Part shown: one piece after another, positions 17,678 to 29,900 of the stretch | Layout of the letters: every line of letters begins with the position of its first letter | How positions within the stretch are numbered: the first letter of the stretch is position 1 | IMG/VR virus record: IMGVR_UViG_3300022591_000002 | Reading direction: 5' to 3' (one strand) | From: a virus | Lineage: Duplodnaviria > Caudoviricetes | Length of the DNA stretch: 64,000 bases | Made by a program: the position numbers and the translations under genes | The notes under the pieces: generated by a model | What the model was told of the DNA's origin: nothing | Database searches by the model: none | Seen by the model: the letters and a program-made list of their open reading frames with translations, nothing else

Positions 17678-17947
17678 ATGAAAACGTTAGAGACAAGTTT
17701 AGACTGGAATGCAATCGAAGCCGAAATAAAAGGCTTAGAAAACACCCTCCCGTTGTTCAAACATGATGTACAACGTTTTATAAAAGCAATACGTGAAGAT
17801 GTAACAGAGTTAAGCAAATTAGAAGTAGACCTTCGCAGAACACACTCGAAGCAGTTAGAACGAGAGTGTGCTTCTAAAGTATCAAAAATCAACGAACAAA
17901 TCAAATTAGTACATAAATTTCATTTTATGAGCCTTCTAGCACAGTAG
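17678..17947 (+). CDS. Hypothetical coiled-coil protein (89 aa)
   Basis: ORF fills the gap between the terminator and the next late promoter. Confidence 0.55.
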   Translation: MKTLETSLDWNAIEAEIKGLENTLPLFKHDVQRFIKAIREDVTELSKLEVDLRRTHSKQLERECASKVSKINEQIKLVHKFHFMSLLAQ

Positions 17948-17960
17948 GTAAATAAGATGT

Positions 17961-18482
17961 ATGGCTATTCAATCTAACCTCTTTCGTGCTCAAATTATTG
18001 ATCAAACTACTGATACAGTGGATGACATCGAGTGGCAGTTAATTAACAAACCGCAGACTATTAGAAACGTTCGACACCTAAGTAATACTTCAGTTGGTAA
18101 TATTAGAGAGCGCACTTGGTTTATAAATTTCCTACATTTTAAAGTAGACGAAACTCTTCCTAGTGTAATCACTGGTATTAAAGTTATAACCAAATGCCGT
18201 AGAAGAGGTAGAATTTTTGATGAAACTATAGCCTTAAGATACGGTGGCAATATTGTTAGCGATAACAAGACATCCTATCTTACAGACGTAGAACAGCATC
18301 TTTATAATAACGATATCATGACATATGGTGGTGAAAACGATATGTGGGGAGCTAGTATTACTTCAGATATGGTACGTGATCCTAGCTGGGGATTAACCAT
18401 GCGTTTTCAAGCACATCCTATGTATCCGCATAATGATGGAATGCAAATTGACATGGTCCAAATTTGTTTTTACGGCGAATAA
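17961..18482 (+). CDS. Hypothetical beta-rich virion protein (173 aa)
   Basis: TAAATA at 17949-17954. ITGIKV and TYGGENDMWG...WGL resemble a beta-sandwich module seen in phage tail proteins. Confidence 0.55.
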   Translation: MAIQSNLFRAQIIDQTTDTVDDIEWQLINKPQTIRNVRHLSNTSVGNIRERTWFINFLHFKVDETLPSVITGIKVITKCRRRGRIFDETIALRYGGNIVSDNKTSYLTDVEQHLYNNDIMTYGGENDMWGASITSDMVRDPSWGLTMRFQAHPMYPHNDGMQIDMVQICFYGE

Positions 18483-18505
18483 ATACACTAAAGGAATCAA
18501 TCTAA

Positions 18506-19639
18506 ATGGCTATCAGTGACGTACTACGTGTTCAAGGGGATTATATAATCCAAGCCCCTAACGGCAATATTACATTAAACCCTGGAATTTCATTTACCAA
18601 TCTTGATGGTAATACTGCTACGACTGGTGTAGTTGTTGTTGAAGGCAATTTAGAAGTTCGCGGAACAACTACTACAATAGAATCAACAACTGCAACTATT
18701 CGTGATAACATTATTGTATTGAATAGTGGACAGACAGGAAGCGATACTATAACTAACGGCTCTGCTGGCTTTTGGGTCGACAGAGGTGACAATGCCGCAA
18801 TAGGCACACGTGCTAGTTTAGAATTTGAAGATGCGTATACTTGGACTCCATACTTTGGCTTTGCAGGAACAAAACCTAAAGGCTCTTGGAACTTTGTTAA
18901 CAGCAACAAAGGCGCCGCAATTAAAGTTAATGCTATCCGCTTAGGGTCAAGCCCACAGTTAGCTAAAGGTACAGGACAGTTAGGAATTCAAACACTAAGC
19001 CTATTTGGTAATGAAAACCAATTTGCTATATTAAGTGTGTCCGGTACTCACAATTACGAAGACAACATTGATTCTATACAGGACGAGGATGCTATTCCTA
19101 ACCTTAGATGGGTTAAGCGTTATGTGCTCAATGCGGCTTCAACGCCCCCTAATGTTAGAAAACTAACACAGCTAAACAGCTCTGTGACATTAACTGATAA
19201 CGGTGTAGATGCACCAGATGTTAAAATTAATCTAGGTGGTCCAAACGTACAGTACACCTTTAAGTCTAACGGCGAATTACGCATTGATGGACAAAATGCT
19301 AGTATGAGTATACTAGATAACTCGTTTACTGCGGTTGCAACTACAGCATCTTCTGCACCACTAATATTAACAGCGAGCGGAAACGCAGGTATTGCTCTAA
19401 GAAGTTATGCTGTTTTATCAAATGCTACACAATCTGCGGCCAATTGGACAGCGGCCAAAAACAACTTAGGAGTAGGCGATACTATTGTTTACTCAAGTTC
19501 TACTTCAGTCGTTACCGGTGGCGGAACAAACTTGTTTTTTGTAAATAGTAACAATAAAGTAGATCCAACTACAAACACCGTTATCCCAGAAGAATTGGTA
19601 TCACGCAGAAGAGCATTAGTTTATGCTATTGTATTTTAA
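18506..19639 (+). CDS. Tail or baseplate-associated fibre-like protein (377 aa)
   Basis: TAAATA at 18480-18485. VEGNLEVRGTTTTIEST..IRDNIIVLN is the same module found in the long fibres downstream. Confidence 0.55.
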   Translation: MAISDVLRVQGDYIIQAPNGNITLNPGISFTNLDGNTATTGVVVVEGNLEVRGTTTTIESTTATIRDNIIVLNSGQTGSDTITNGSAGFWVDRGDNAAIGTRASLEFEDAYTWTPYFGFAGTKPKGSWNFVNSNKGAAIKVNAIRLGSSPQLAKGTGQLGIQTLSLFGNENQFAILSVSGTHNYEDNIDSIQDEDAIPNLRWVKRYVLNAASTPPNVRKLTQLNSSVTLTDNGVDAPDVKINLGGPNVQYTFKSNGELRIDGQNASMSILDNSFTAVATTASSAPLILTASGNAGIALRSYAVLSNATQSAANWTAAKNNLGVGDTIVYSSSTSVVTGGGTNLFFVNSNNKVDPTTNTVIPEELVSRRRALVYAIVF

Positions 19640-19648
19640 GGAAATTAT

Positions 19649-20008
19649 ATGATCGTAAGTACACAAATCACAGGCGCACCACAGTCGACAAACATTTTCT
19701 TTGCCAGCACAGGTAGCCAGTACGCTGTGACGACAATTATATTATGTAATACTTCAAATGCGGCAACAGCTCAAGTCAGCGTGTTTGCACAAAGTTTTGC
19801 AGGTGGCGGCGCTATTGGCGCAACAGGCAATTTAGGTATTGGTACAAGTACCTGTATTCTAAATTCTATTACTATTCCACCAACAGAAACTTTTGTTATG
19901 GATACAGAAAAGTTTATTTTAGAAAGCAACGACCGTTTAGATGCTCAAGAAGTTTCTGGTAACGGCGGTATTGTAACCTGCACAGTTAGCGCAATAGCGA
20001 CATCATAA
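19649..20008 (+). CDS. Small beta-rich structural protein (119 aa)
   Basis: TTIILCN...ITIPPTETFV...KFILESND; resembles the protein at 33691-34098. Confidence 0.55.
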   Translation: MIVSTQITGAPQSTNIFFASTGSQYAVTTIILCNTSNAATAQVSVFAQSFAGGGAIGATGNLGIGTSTCILNSITIPPTETFVMDTEKFILESNDRLDAQEVSGNGGIVTCTVSAIATS

Positions 20009-20799
20009 TGAAATACGTAAAAAAACTAAATTTAAACCGCAAGCGTCCAGCTAGCCAGGAATTCAATATAGTCATTGATCACTTTGATCAATACGGACTT
20101 CCACTTGAAAGAATTGAAACTAATAGTGTAGTAAGTACACAAGTGCCATCTGGTCCGCAAAGCACACGCCCTAATGTGTTTAAAAATGGTCAATTACGTT
20201 ATAATCAAACACTACAAGAATTAGAAGCATACGTTAACGGTACTTGGGAAATCTTAAGAACTATTCGTCAACCTAGTATCAGTTATAAGAGTTATTCAAA
20301 TGCAAACTACCTAAACACAATTTTTGGTCCTTTAGCATACGATACAGATCTTACCAAGCCACAAAATATAACTGTGTTTGTTGAAAACGTTCAACAGTTA
20401 CCGGACACTAGTAATATTCCAGGAAGCAATATTTCAGGAAATTTTAAACTAGTAAAAACACCAGCAGTAGTTACAAACTTATCTGCTCCAGTGGTTCAAG
20501 GTGCTATTACTTTGAGCTTACAAAGTCTACAAGACGTAGCAGGTGGTATCAGTCAAAAGATTTCTGGTGCAGGTATTGCTCCGGGTACAGTAGTTCAATC
20601 TATCACCAGTACAGTAACAAATACAATTAGAATTAGTAGTCCTACTACTGCTCCTATTGCTACAAGTACTAATCTTACATTCACATTCTCAACAGGAACC
20701 TACGTACAATTTACTGGTCCTGCTCCATCTAAAACTGTGTATACCTTACAAGGTTACGACGGTTACTTCCCAACACCAAACGGACTTTTTGAGTCCTAA
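20008..20799 (+). CDS. Probable tail or baseplate structural protein (263 aa)
   Basis: TAATG-coupled; NGQLRYNQTLQELEAY motif; T/S-rich C-terminus. Confidence 0.5.
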   Translation: MKYVKKLNLNRKRPASQEFNIVIDHFDQYGLPLERIETNSVVSTQVPSGPQSTRPNVFKNGQLRYNQTLQELEAYVNGTWEILRTIRQPSISYKSYSNANYLNTIFGPLAYDTDLTKPQNITVFVENVQQLPDTSNIPGSNISGNFKLVKTPAVVTNLSAPVVQGAITLSLQSLQDVAGGISQKISGAGIAPGTVVQSITSTVTNTIRISSPTTAPIATSTNLTFTFSTGTYVQFTGPAPSKTVYTLQGYDGYFPTPNGLFES

Positions 20800-20922
20800 T
20801 ATTGGTATTTTAAACTAACCAGCTAAATACACTTGATGCCGAATTCCGGCAGAACATACTGTGGTAAACCCGCAATGTAAGGTGGTTATCCGTGAAACTC
20901 GGTGTATAAGGAGCTCGTTAGC

Positions 20923-23900
20923 ATGGCCATAGGTCGCATTACAGGTCCGTTACTTGCAAGCAATTTGCTACGTGACGGCATAGACTTACAAGTCGAAAGT
21001 GGATTACTTTATCTAGACGTTACTAATGGACGCATTGGTGTTAAGACTCAATCACCAGCATATGACCTAGACGTAAACGGAACTCTACACGCAAATAAAC
21101 TAATAGTTGATACAACTTCAACATTAGGTCTCTTACAAATTTCTCGATCAGTGAATAGTGCTACTATTAGCACAATCAGTGGTCCTTTAAATATTACCCC
21201 AGCTACGAATCAAACAGTATTCGTTGGCACAAACACTACAATCGGCGGTAACCTACATGCAATTGGCAACATTACAGCCGATGGCAATATTATCTTAGGT
21301 AGCAATCAACTAGTCGATACCTTGGCACTTGGAGCCGAATTAGTCAGCAGTATTATTCCTAAAGTGAATAATACATACGACATTGGTAGTACAACATCTA
21401 ACTGGGCACACGGTTATTTTAATAGTATTGTAGCAGGCGGATTAGGTTTTGCAGGCAATACAATAACTCCTACAACACCAAACACAGATATTAACATTAG
21501 CCCAACAGGCAACGGTGTTACCAATGTTAATTCAAACATTCGAGTATTGGGTACTAACCCATTAGGTACAGCACCTGTTACTTCAAACGTATTATACGTT
21601 TCTATGGACGGTAGCGATACCAATGACGGACGTGCGGCTGACCCAAGTCGTGCTTGCCGTACAATTAGCGGTGCAACAAAGAGTCCTTACTATCAGTCAG
21701 GTACAAGTATTAAAGTTGCTCCTGGTCGTTATTTAGAAGACAACCCAATTGAATTAAAACCTTATACATCTGTAATTGGTAGTGACTTACGTACAACAGA
21801 CGTTGAGCCAATTAACAAAACTCGCGACTTGTTCCACGTTCAATCTGGTTGCTATGTTGCACAGATGCGTTTGTTAAATGGTCGTTCTGGTTTAATTCCA
21901 GGTGGCTTTGGTGTAAGCGAATACGGATACAAGATTGGTAACAATCGCGGAGCATACGCAACAGCGTTTCCAAATACACAAATCATTGACCTATACCACT
22001 CACCATACATTCAGAACGTAAGTAATCAATCTGGTCCTTGGTTGTATGACGGTACAATGTTTATTCCTAACCAAACAGTTCAAGTTCCTGAAGCTGTTGG
22101 CGTTGCAAGTTATGTAGCAAACACAAATACAATTACAGTTAGCCTTACAACAGGTACTCTATATGTTGGTCAAGCAGTTAACTCAGGTCCTCAAGATGAA
22201 GGATACTTTGCGGCACGTACATTATTACTTGCCAACGAAGCATTTATTCAAGAACAGGTTGTTGCTTGGACCAATCAAGAATACGGCGGCCCATTCCAGT
22301 ACAACGCTACAAAATGTTCACGCGACACTGGCTTAATTATTGACGGCCTAGCACTTGATGCTCTATATGCAGGTACAAGTCAAACAGTATTCTCAGGTTT
22401 ACAATATTGGAACCAAACAGGATACGTTGGCGCAATTGGTGGTGAAGTATCAACTACCACAGCGGCTGTTCAATGGATTTCAAGTTTAACATCTGCAATT
22501 ATTTTAGGTCAAGCAGTACCATTTACATATCAAAATACAGTTACTCAAACAGTAGTAACTAATGTTGGTAACTCTGCAGACGTTACAACAGTACAAAAAG
22601 ATTTCAAAGTTATTACAGATATCATAACAACAGGTACAACTGCGGTTACTGATAAAATTATCGCTAACGGTAGCATTACTACTGCTACTCACACATTAAA
22701 TGCTTACCAAGCATTACAATCGAACAAAGCATTCTTACAAGCAGAAGCCATTGCTTGGGTTGAAGCTAATAAGACTATTGGATTTACTTACAACCAAGCT
22801 AAGTGTTCACGTGACACCGGTTTAATTGTTGATGCTATTGTACAAGATATGTTATTTGGTGGCACAAGCCAATCAACATTTGCAGGTATCCAGTATTGGA
22901 ATCAAGCAGGGTACGTTAACACATTTGCCAATGAGTTAAGTACAACAACTGCGGCTATCAGCTACATTAAAGATCTAGCACAGCGAGTTGTTAAGAACGA
23001 TCTAACAGGAACACGCTATCAAAATAGTGCTCCTCAAATTACAAGTCCAACCCCTGGTACTGTTGCAGAAGCCGCAACTGTTGGCGCAGAGTTTGATGTA
23101 ATTTTAAATATTATCAACAACGGTACAGTCGGTGTAACAGATATTATTGTTCCTAACAGCATCAACGCTAGTGCAGACGTAAATGTTCAACACGCTTACG
23201 CACTATTAGAATCTAACAAAACTTATTTGCAAGCAGAAGCTATTGCTTTTGTTGAAGCTACTAAGACTGTTGGGTTCACATACGATGGTGTTAAGTGCGC
23301 TCGTGATGTTGGCTACATGGTTGACTCGGTTGCATTTGACTTACTATATGGCGGTAATCGTCAAGCAGTTCAGTCAGGTGTTTACTACTACGGTTATTCA
23401 AACACTTCAAGTGCTATTCCAGGTGAAAAAGCACAAACTCTAAATGCATATACTCATATTAGAAGTATCATTGCCGACATTGTAGCAGGTAGTCCGCTAT
23501 CTGTAACTTATCAATATGCAGTTCCACAAGTAACAAATTTAACTCCTGCTACTGCATCTGAAGTAACAACACTACAAAGTAAACTAGATGTTATTACTAC
23601 AATTATTAACAACGGACCTACATCTGCCGCAAGTCCAACAAGCATTCCACAAACTAAGAGCGGAAATGCTAACATATTAAATGCCGCGGCATTGTTAGAA
23701 GCTAACCGTAGTTTCATTCGTGCAGAAACAATCGCATACATAAACGCACAGTACGCAATTTATGATCAGGCAAAATGTCTACGTGATACAGGATTGATTA
23801 TTGATGCACTTGCATTTGACCTATTGTATCCAACAGCTACAGACAGTCAATCAACATTTGCTGGTTTACAATATTGGAACCAAGGCGACTACGTTAAGCC

Positions 23901-26900
23901 AATTGGTAATGAAATTATCACAGCAACTAACGCTGTCTTATTTGCAAGCAAACTTGCACAGAAACTTGTTACAAACTCAACAGCTGGTGCAAGATATCAA
24001 AGCACAGTTACACAGGTAACAACATTACCAGCCGCAACAACAGCTGAAGTTGGCCTAGTTGCTAGCGACTTTGGTGTTGTCCTTGACATCCTTAACAAAG
24101 GTACAGTTGGTGTAACAGATAAGATTGTTCCTAATACCACTGCAAGTTCAACTGCAAGTATTCTACACGCTTACAATATTTTAAATGCTAACCGCACTTA
24201 CATCCAAGCAGAAACTGTTGCTTATGTTGATGCTATTCGCGGTACATTCCCATACAACCACGCCAAGTGCGAACGTGATACACGATTAATTGTTGATGCG
24301 CTTGTACAAGATTTATTATTCCAAGGTTCTAGCCAAACAGTATTTTCAGGTTTGAGCTATTGGAATCAAGCAGGCTATACTGGTTCTATTGCAGGTGAGT
24401 TGTCAACAACTACAAACGCAATTAACTATGTTTCTAGTCTAGCACAAAAAGTTATTCTAAACGACCAAACAGGTGTTCGTTATCAATCGACTGTTACACA
24501 AAACGTCAGCTTTACTCCGGGCACAACATCTGAGAAATCTGCAATTGGTACAGACTTCGCATTGATTGTTGATATTATAACCAACGGCACTAAAGACGTA
24601 ACTGATAGAATTGTTCCTAACGGAATTACAGCAAGTGGCAATAACAACATAACAAATTCCTATAATATTCTACAGGCAAACAAAGCCTATTTGATTGCTG
24701 AAGGTGTTGCCTATGTTGAAGCAACTAAGACTAGTGGCTTTACCTACAATGGTACTAAATGCCAGCGTGATATTGGTTACATGGTTGACTCTGTGTCATT
24801 TGACTTGTTGTATGGCGGTAATCGTCAAGCAGTTCAGTCAGGTGTTTACTACTATAACTTTAACGGCACTACTGCTATTCCTGGTGAATCAGCACAAGTA
24901 CTTGCGGCCTACACACATATTAAAAATATTCTTCCAAGTGTTATTCAAGGATTCTCAACTAGTCCTTATCAAACATGGGAAGCACAAACTACTTCTGGTC
25001 TAGGCGGTTCTAACTCTGAAGTAACTTATGTACAGGCTCTAGTTGATACTCTTGAAAATATTATCCAAAGCGGCCCAAGTCAGGCGCCTGCCGAAGTTCC
25101 AATTGGATTAACACGCAGTACAAATCCAAACGTAATCAATGCGGCTACTCTATTACATTCTAATAGAGAATTTATTGCACAAGAAGTTACAGCGTTCATT
25201 GACGCAACTTACTCATCAAACACATTTACCTATAACGAAGCCAAGTGCAAACGTGACACAGGTTTAATTGTTGATGCATTAGCACAAGACTTATACTTTG
25301 GTGGTACAAGCCAAACAACATTTGCAGGTATCCAGTATTGGAATCATACAAGCCTAGTCGGTGCAATTCCTAGTGAAATTAATACTACCACAGCGGCCAT
25401 TAGTTACGTAGCTACATTGGCACAACGTATTGTTCTAAACGATACAACTGGTATTCGTTACACAACATCAACACAAGTAACAAATTTAAGTGCTCCTGGT
25501 ACAGCGGCCGAAGCGGCAGTAATTGCAAATGAGTTTGCAACTATTTTAAATATTCTAAGCACAGGTACAGTTGGTATTAGTGATAAGATTATTCCAAATG
25601 GAATAACTCCTTCAACTACTGCTAGAGTATTAAATGCCTATGCACTATTGGAAGCTAACAAGACATACTTAGAAGCAGAAGCTGTTGCGTTCGTTGAAGC
25701 AACTAAGACAAGTGGCTTTACTTATAATCAAACTAAGTGTGCTCGTGATGTTGGCTTTATGGTAGACTCAGTTGCATTTGACTTGAAGTGGGGAGGCAAT
25801 CGCCAAGCAGTTCAATCAGGTGTTTACTATTATGGTTATAGCAATAGTTCAAGTGCTATTCCAAACGAAACTACACAAGTACTTGATGCTTATACATATC
25901 TAAGCACTCTTGTTGGCAGTATCATAACAGCAACTCCTGTCATTCCATACCAAACAGACGTTACTCAAGTTTCAAACTTGCCAGGCGCAACAAATGCAGA
26001 AGTTACAACACTACAAAACAATGTTTCTGTAATTAAAAACATTATTGCAAACGGCCCGTTGGTAGCTAGTGCTCCAACATCAATTCCGTTAGTACCAAGT
26101 AGTAATGCTAGCGTATACAATGCTGTTCAACTACTAGAAGCAAATAAAGATTTTATTAAAGCAGAACTAACAGCTTATATTAATCAAAAGTATAATGTAT
26201 TCTCATACAACGAAGACAAGTGCTTCCGTGACACTGGATATATTGTTGATAGTATTGCATTTGATATACTACACGGCGGTAATCGTCAAGCTATTCAGTC
26301 AGGTGTTTACTACTATGGCTTCTCTAGTACTGCAAGTGCTATTCCTGGCGAACAGGCTAATACTATTGCGGCATACAACAGAATTAAAGCAATCATTGGT
26401 CCAATCTTATTAGGACAGGCAATTAATAAATCACCTGGTAACCCAAGCACACAGCAATTAGGATTACCAATTTCAAGTCAGTTGCAAATTACAAACTTGC
26501 AATCTAAAGTTGATAAGATCACAAACATTATTAACATTGGACCAAGTGCGGCCGCAACTCCAACTCCAATTAGCTTAACTATTAGCTCAGATGTAAATGC
26601 ACAAAAAGCATTTAACTACTTGATGGCTAACCGTACGTTTATTGCGAACGAAGTTGTTGCTTATGTTAACGCACAATACGGTACAGCGTTTGAATACGAT
26701 CAAGCCAAGTGCTATCGCGACATTGGCTACATGATTGATTGTGTGTCATTTGACTTACTACGTGGTGGTAACCGTCAAGCTATTCAAGCTGGTACACTAT
26801 ACTTTGGTTACAGCAATACACAAACTCAAGTACCAAATGAACTAACACAAACTGTTATGGCATACAAGTATTTGTCAACAGTGGTTAGTGCAGTTGTTCA

Positions 26901-29900
26901 AAGTCAAGCGTTGACTAGTTTCTATCAGTCAGAAGTTCCACAGGTACTAAATGAAAATGCCAAGAGCAATATTGCAGTTGCCGCAGAGTTAACAGCTGAC
27001 ATTGAGTTAATGACACGTATTATCAGTAACGGTCCTACTGAAGCACCTGCACTGATTCCTATCAGCCTAACTCCTTCAAGCGATACTGCTAGAGCAAATG
27101 CCTATGCACTATTGAAAGCTAACCGTGATTTTATTGTAGCAGAAATTATTGCCTATGTCAATACAATGCCAAACTTCATTTACGATCAAGCCAAGTGCCG
27201 TCGTGACGTTGGCATTATTGTTGAAAACTTGGCCTACGATATTTCCTTTGGCGGTAATGCAAAAGCTGTTGAGTCTGGCTTAGGTTACTACCGTGGTGTT
27301 ACAAGTGTAATCCAAGGTGAAACAACACAGACTATTGGTGCAATTAATTACATCAATACTTTAGCACAAGATGTTATTACAAATACAGTAGCACCAAATC
27401 TAATCGGTGTTACAGCAACTAACGCACAAGTTATTAACACAGCGTTAATTGGTGGCGGCATTGCTAGCACAGCACTTGCCAACGGCGTAGACATTATTAC
27501 AAACATTATTCAGAACGGCCCATCAGCCGCACCAGAAAGCCATATCGGTAGTGCAGTTGACCCAGCGTTTATGAGTGCTGAAATATTATTACAGTTGAAC
27601 AGAAGCTTTATTCAGCAAGAAGTTATTTCTTACATTAATCAAAGTTTCTTAGACTTCCCGTACGATAGTGCAAAATGCCAACGCGATACTGGTTTAATTG
27701 TTGATGCAGTAGCATTTGATATGTTATATCCTGGCAATCAATACAGCCAGTCAACATTTGCCGGCGTTCAATATTGGAGCCAGGGTACTTACACAGGATC
27801 AATTGGTAGCGAGTTGTCGACAACTACAAATGCCGTTGGTTACCTAAAGAGCCTAGCACAAAAAGTTATTCTAAATGATACAAGTGGTGCTCGTTATCAA
27901 AACAACATCAGCCAAACAACTGTTGCCGGCGCACCAGGAACACAAGCTGAAGTAACATTAATTGGCGCAGACTTTGATATTATTGTAGAAGTTATTAACA
28001 ACTATACTGTAACAGGATTACCAATCACTGATGGTATTATTCCTAATGGCTCTGCACTAACTGATATTACTATTAACAACGCCTACGCATTGTTAGTTGC
28101 TAACAGACAATATCTACAAGCAGAAACAGTTGCATGGGTTGAAGCTAACAAGACTGTAGGCTTTACTTATGACAAGGCAAAATGTTTCCGTGATGCAGGA
28201 TACATGGTTGATTCTGTTGCGTTTGACTTATTGCACGGCGGTAATCGTCAAGCAGTTCAGTCAGGCGTTTACTATTACAGCTACACTGGTGGCACAACAC
28301 AGATTCCAAATCAGAAAACTCAAACAGTTGCGGCATTTAACCATGTACGCGATGTTGCAGAATTATTAATTAGAGGCCAGTTAGTAATCCCAACAGTTGG
28401 CAATCCTTTACTACCAGTATCTGGATTACCAGTTGCAAGTGCATCTGAAGTAACTTTAATACAAAATATTTTTGCAAATATTACAAATATTATTACAAAT
28501 GGCCCAAGTGTTGCTGGTACTCCAAACAGTATTAGTTTAACTAAGTCACCTAACATTAATATTCAACGTGCATTTGCTATTTTAGAAGCGAACCGTGCTT
28601 TCTTACAAAAAGAAATGACAGCATGGGTTGACTATACATACAATAGCAACGGCTTTAACTACAATCAAGAAGTATGCTATAGAGATACTGGATTAATTGT
28701 TGACGCAATCAGTCAAGATATTTTATTAGGTGGTAATCACAAATCAATTGAAGCCGCTGTTACCTACTGGGTAGGTGCAGTAAGTGTTATTCAAGGTGAA
28801 ATTACACAAACTACTGCGGCATACAATTATCTAGCAACAGTTGCCGGAAATGTAGTGTCAAACACTACAATGACCAACACATTCTCATACGCTAAACAAA
28901 TTGTTAATCCGTTCTATGACGGTGGCATTTATGCTGTTCCACGTATTAACAGTCTAGTAGCTATGATGAACAACATTATTGCTAATGGTCCAAGTGCGGC
29001 TCCAGATGGTTACGATGGTTCTGGTTTCTTCCCAGTACGTTTTGATCCAATTATTGACAACGTTAACATTGCCCCAGTAATTGCAAGCCTAACAGACAAC
29101 GGTGATGGCACATACAACATTGGCCTAACACAAAATACAGTTGGCGCAGGTACAAACTACACAATGTACTTTGGACAAACATCAGTTTATCCTGTACAAG
29201 ATAAAGATGTCCCAGATGAATGGGCACAACGTAAGATTGATCCATTTGGATCAATGGGTGGTAGCTTAGTTGACGGCGCTGTAATTAGTGATCGTTCACC
29301 AATTCAATCGTTCGTTTACGATGCGTTTACGCAAATCAACCAAGGTGGTGTTGGTATTAAGATTACTAACAACGGCTATGCACAGCTAGTTTCTGTGTTT
29401 ACAATCTTCTGCGGAACATCTGTTATTACAGAGAACGGCGGTATTTGTTCTATTACTAACTCTAACGCCAACTTTGGTGACTACTGCTTGGTATCAAAAG
29501 GTTATGGTCGATTAGATTTCTTTGGTGAAATTTATAACCCACCAGTACTTCCATACTATCCAAACGGTGTATACCCAAGTCAACAGGTTGTTCAGGTTTA
29601 CTGTCCAGATCCTAATGATCGTCCACACATTGGTCAGATCATGGAAGTTGTTGCCCCAGAAGGGTACATAAACAATCAAGGATTGCCAGGCTTCTTGGCC
29701 GCAAATCCAAACACATCAACTATTACAACTGGTACTGTAACAATCCATGGCATTGACAACACTGGTATCGTTATTGGTCAAAACGTTTATGTTCGTGACC
29801 AGTACGGTAACTACACTGACATTGATGGTACATACTATTGTGCAACAGGTACTGTAGTTGCAGACGTTGGATTCCAAAGTCTAACATTAAGTAAAGCTCT

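Noticed and set aside
20855-20902. c-di-GMP-I (GEMM) riboswitch suggested by GGTAAAC...GCAA
   Set aside because: The GAAA tetraloop/receptor arrangement and the GGGACGCAAAG segment are missing. Kept only as an unassigned leader structure.
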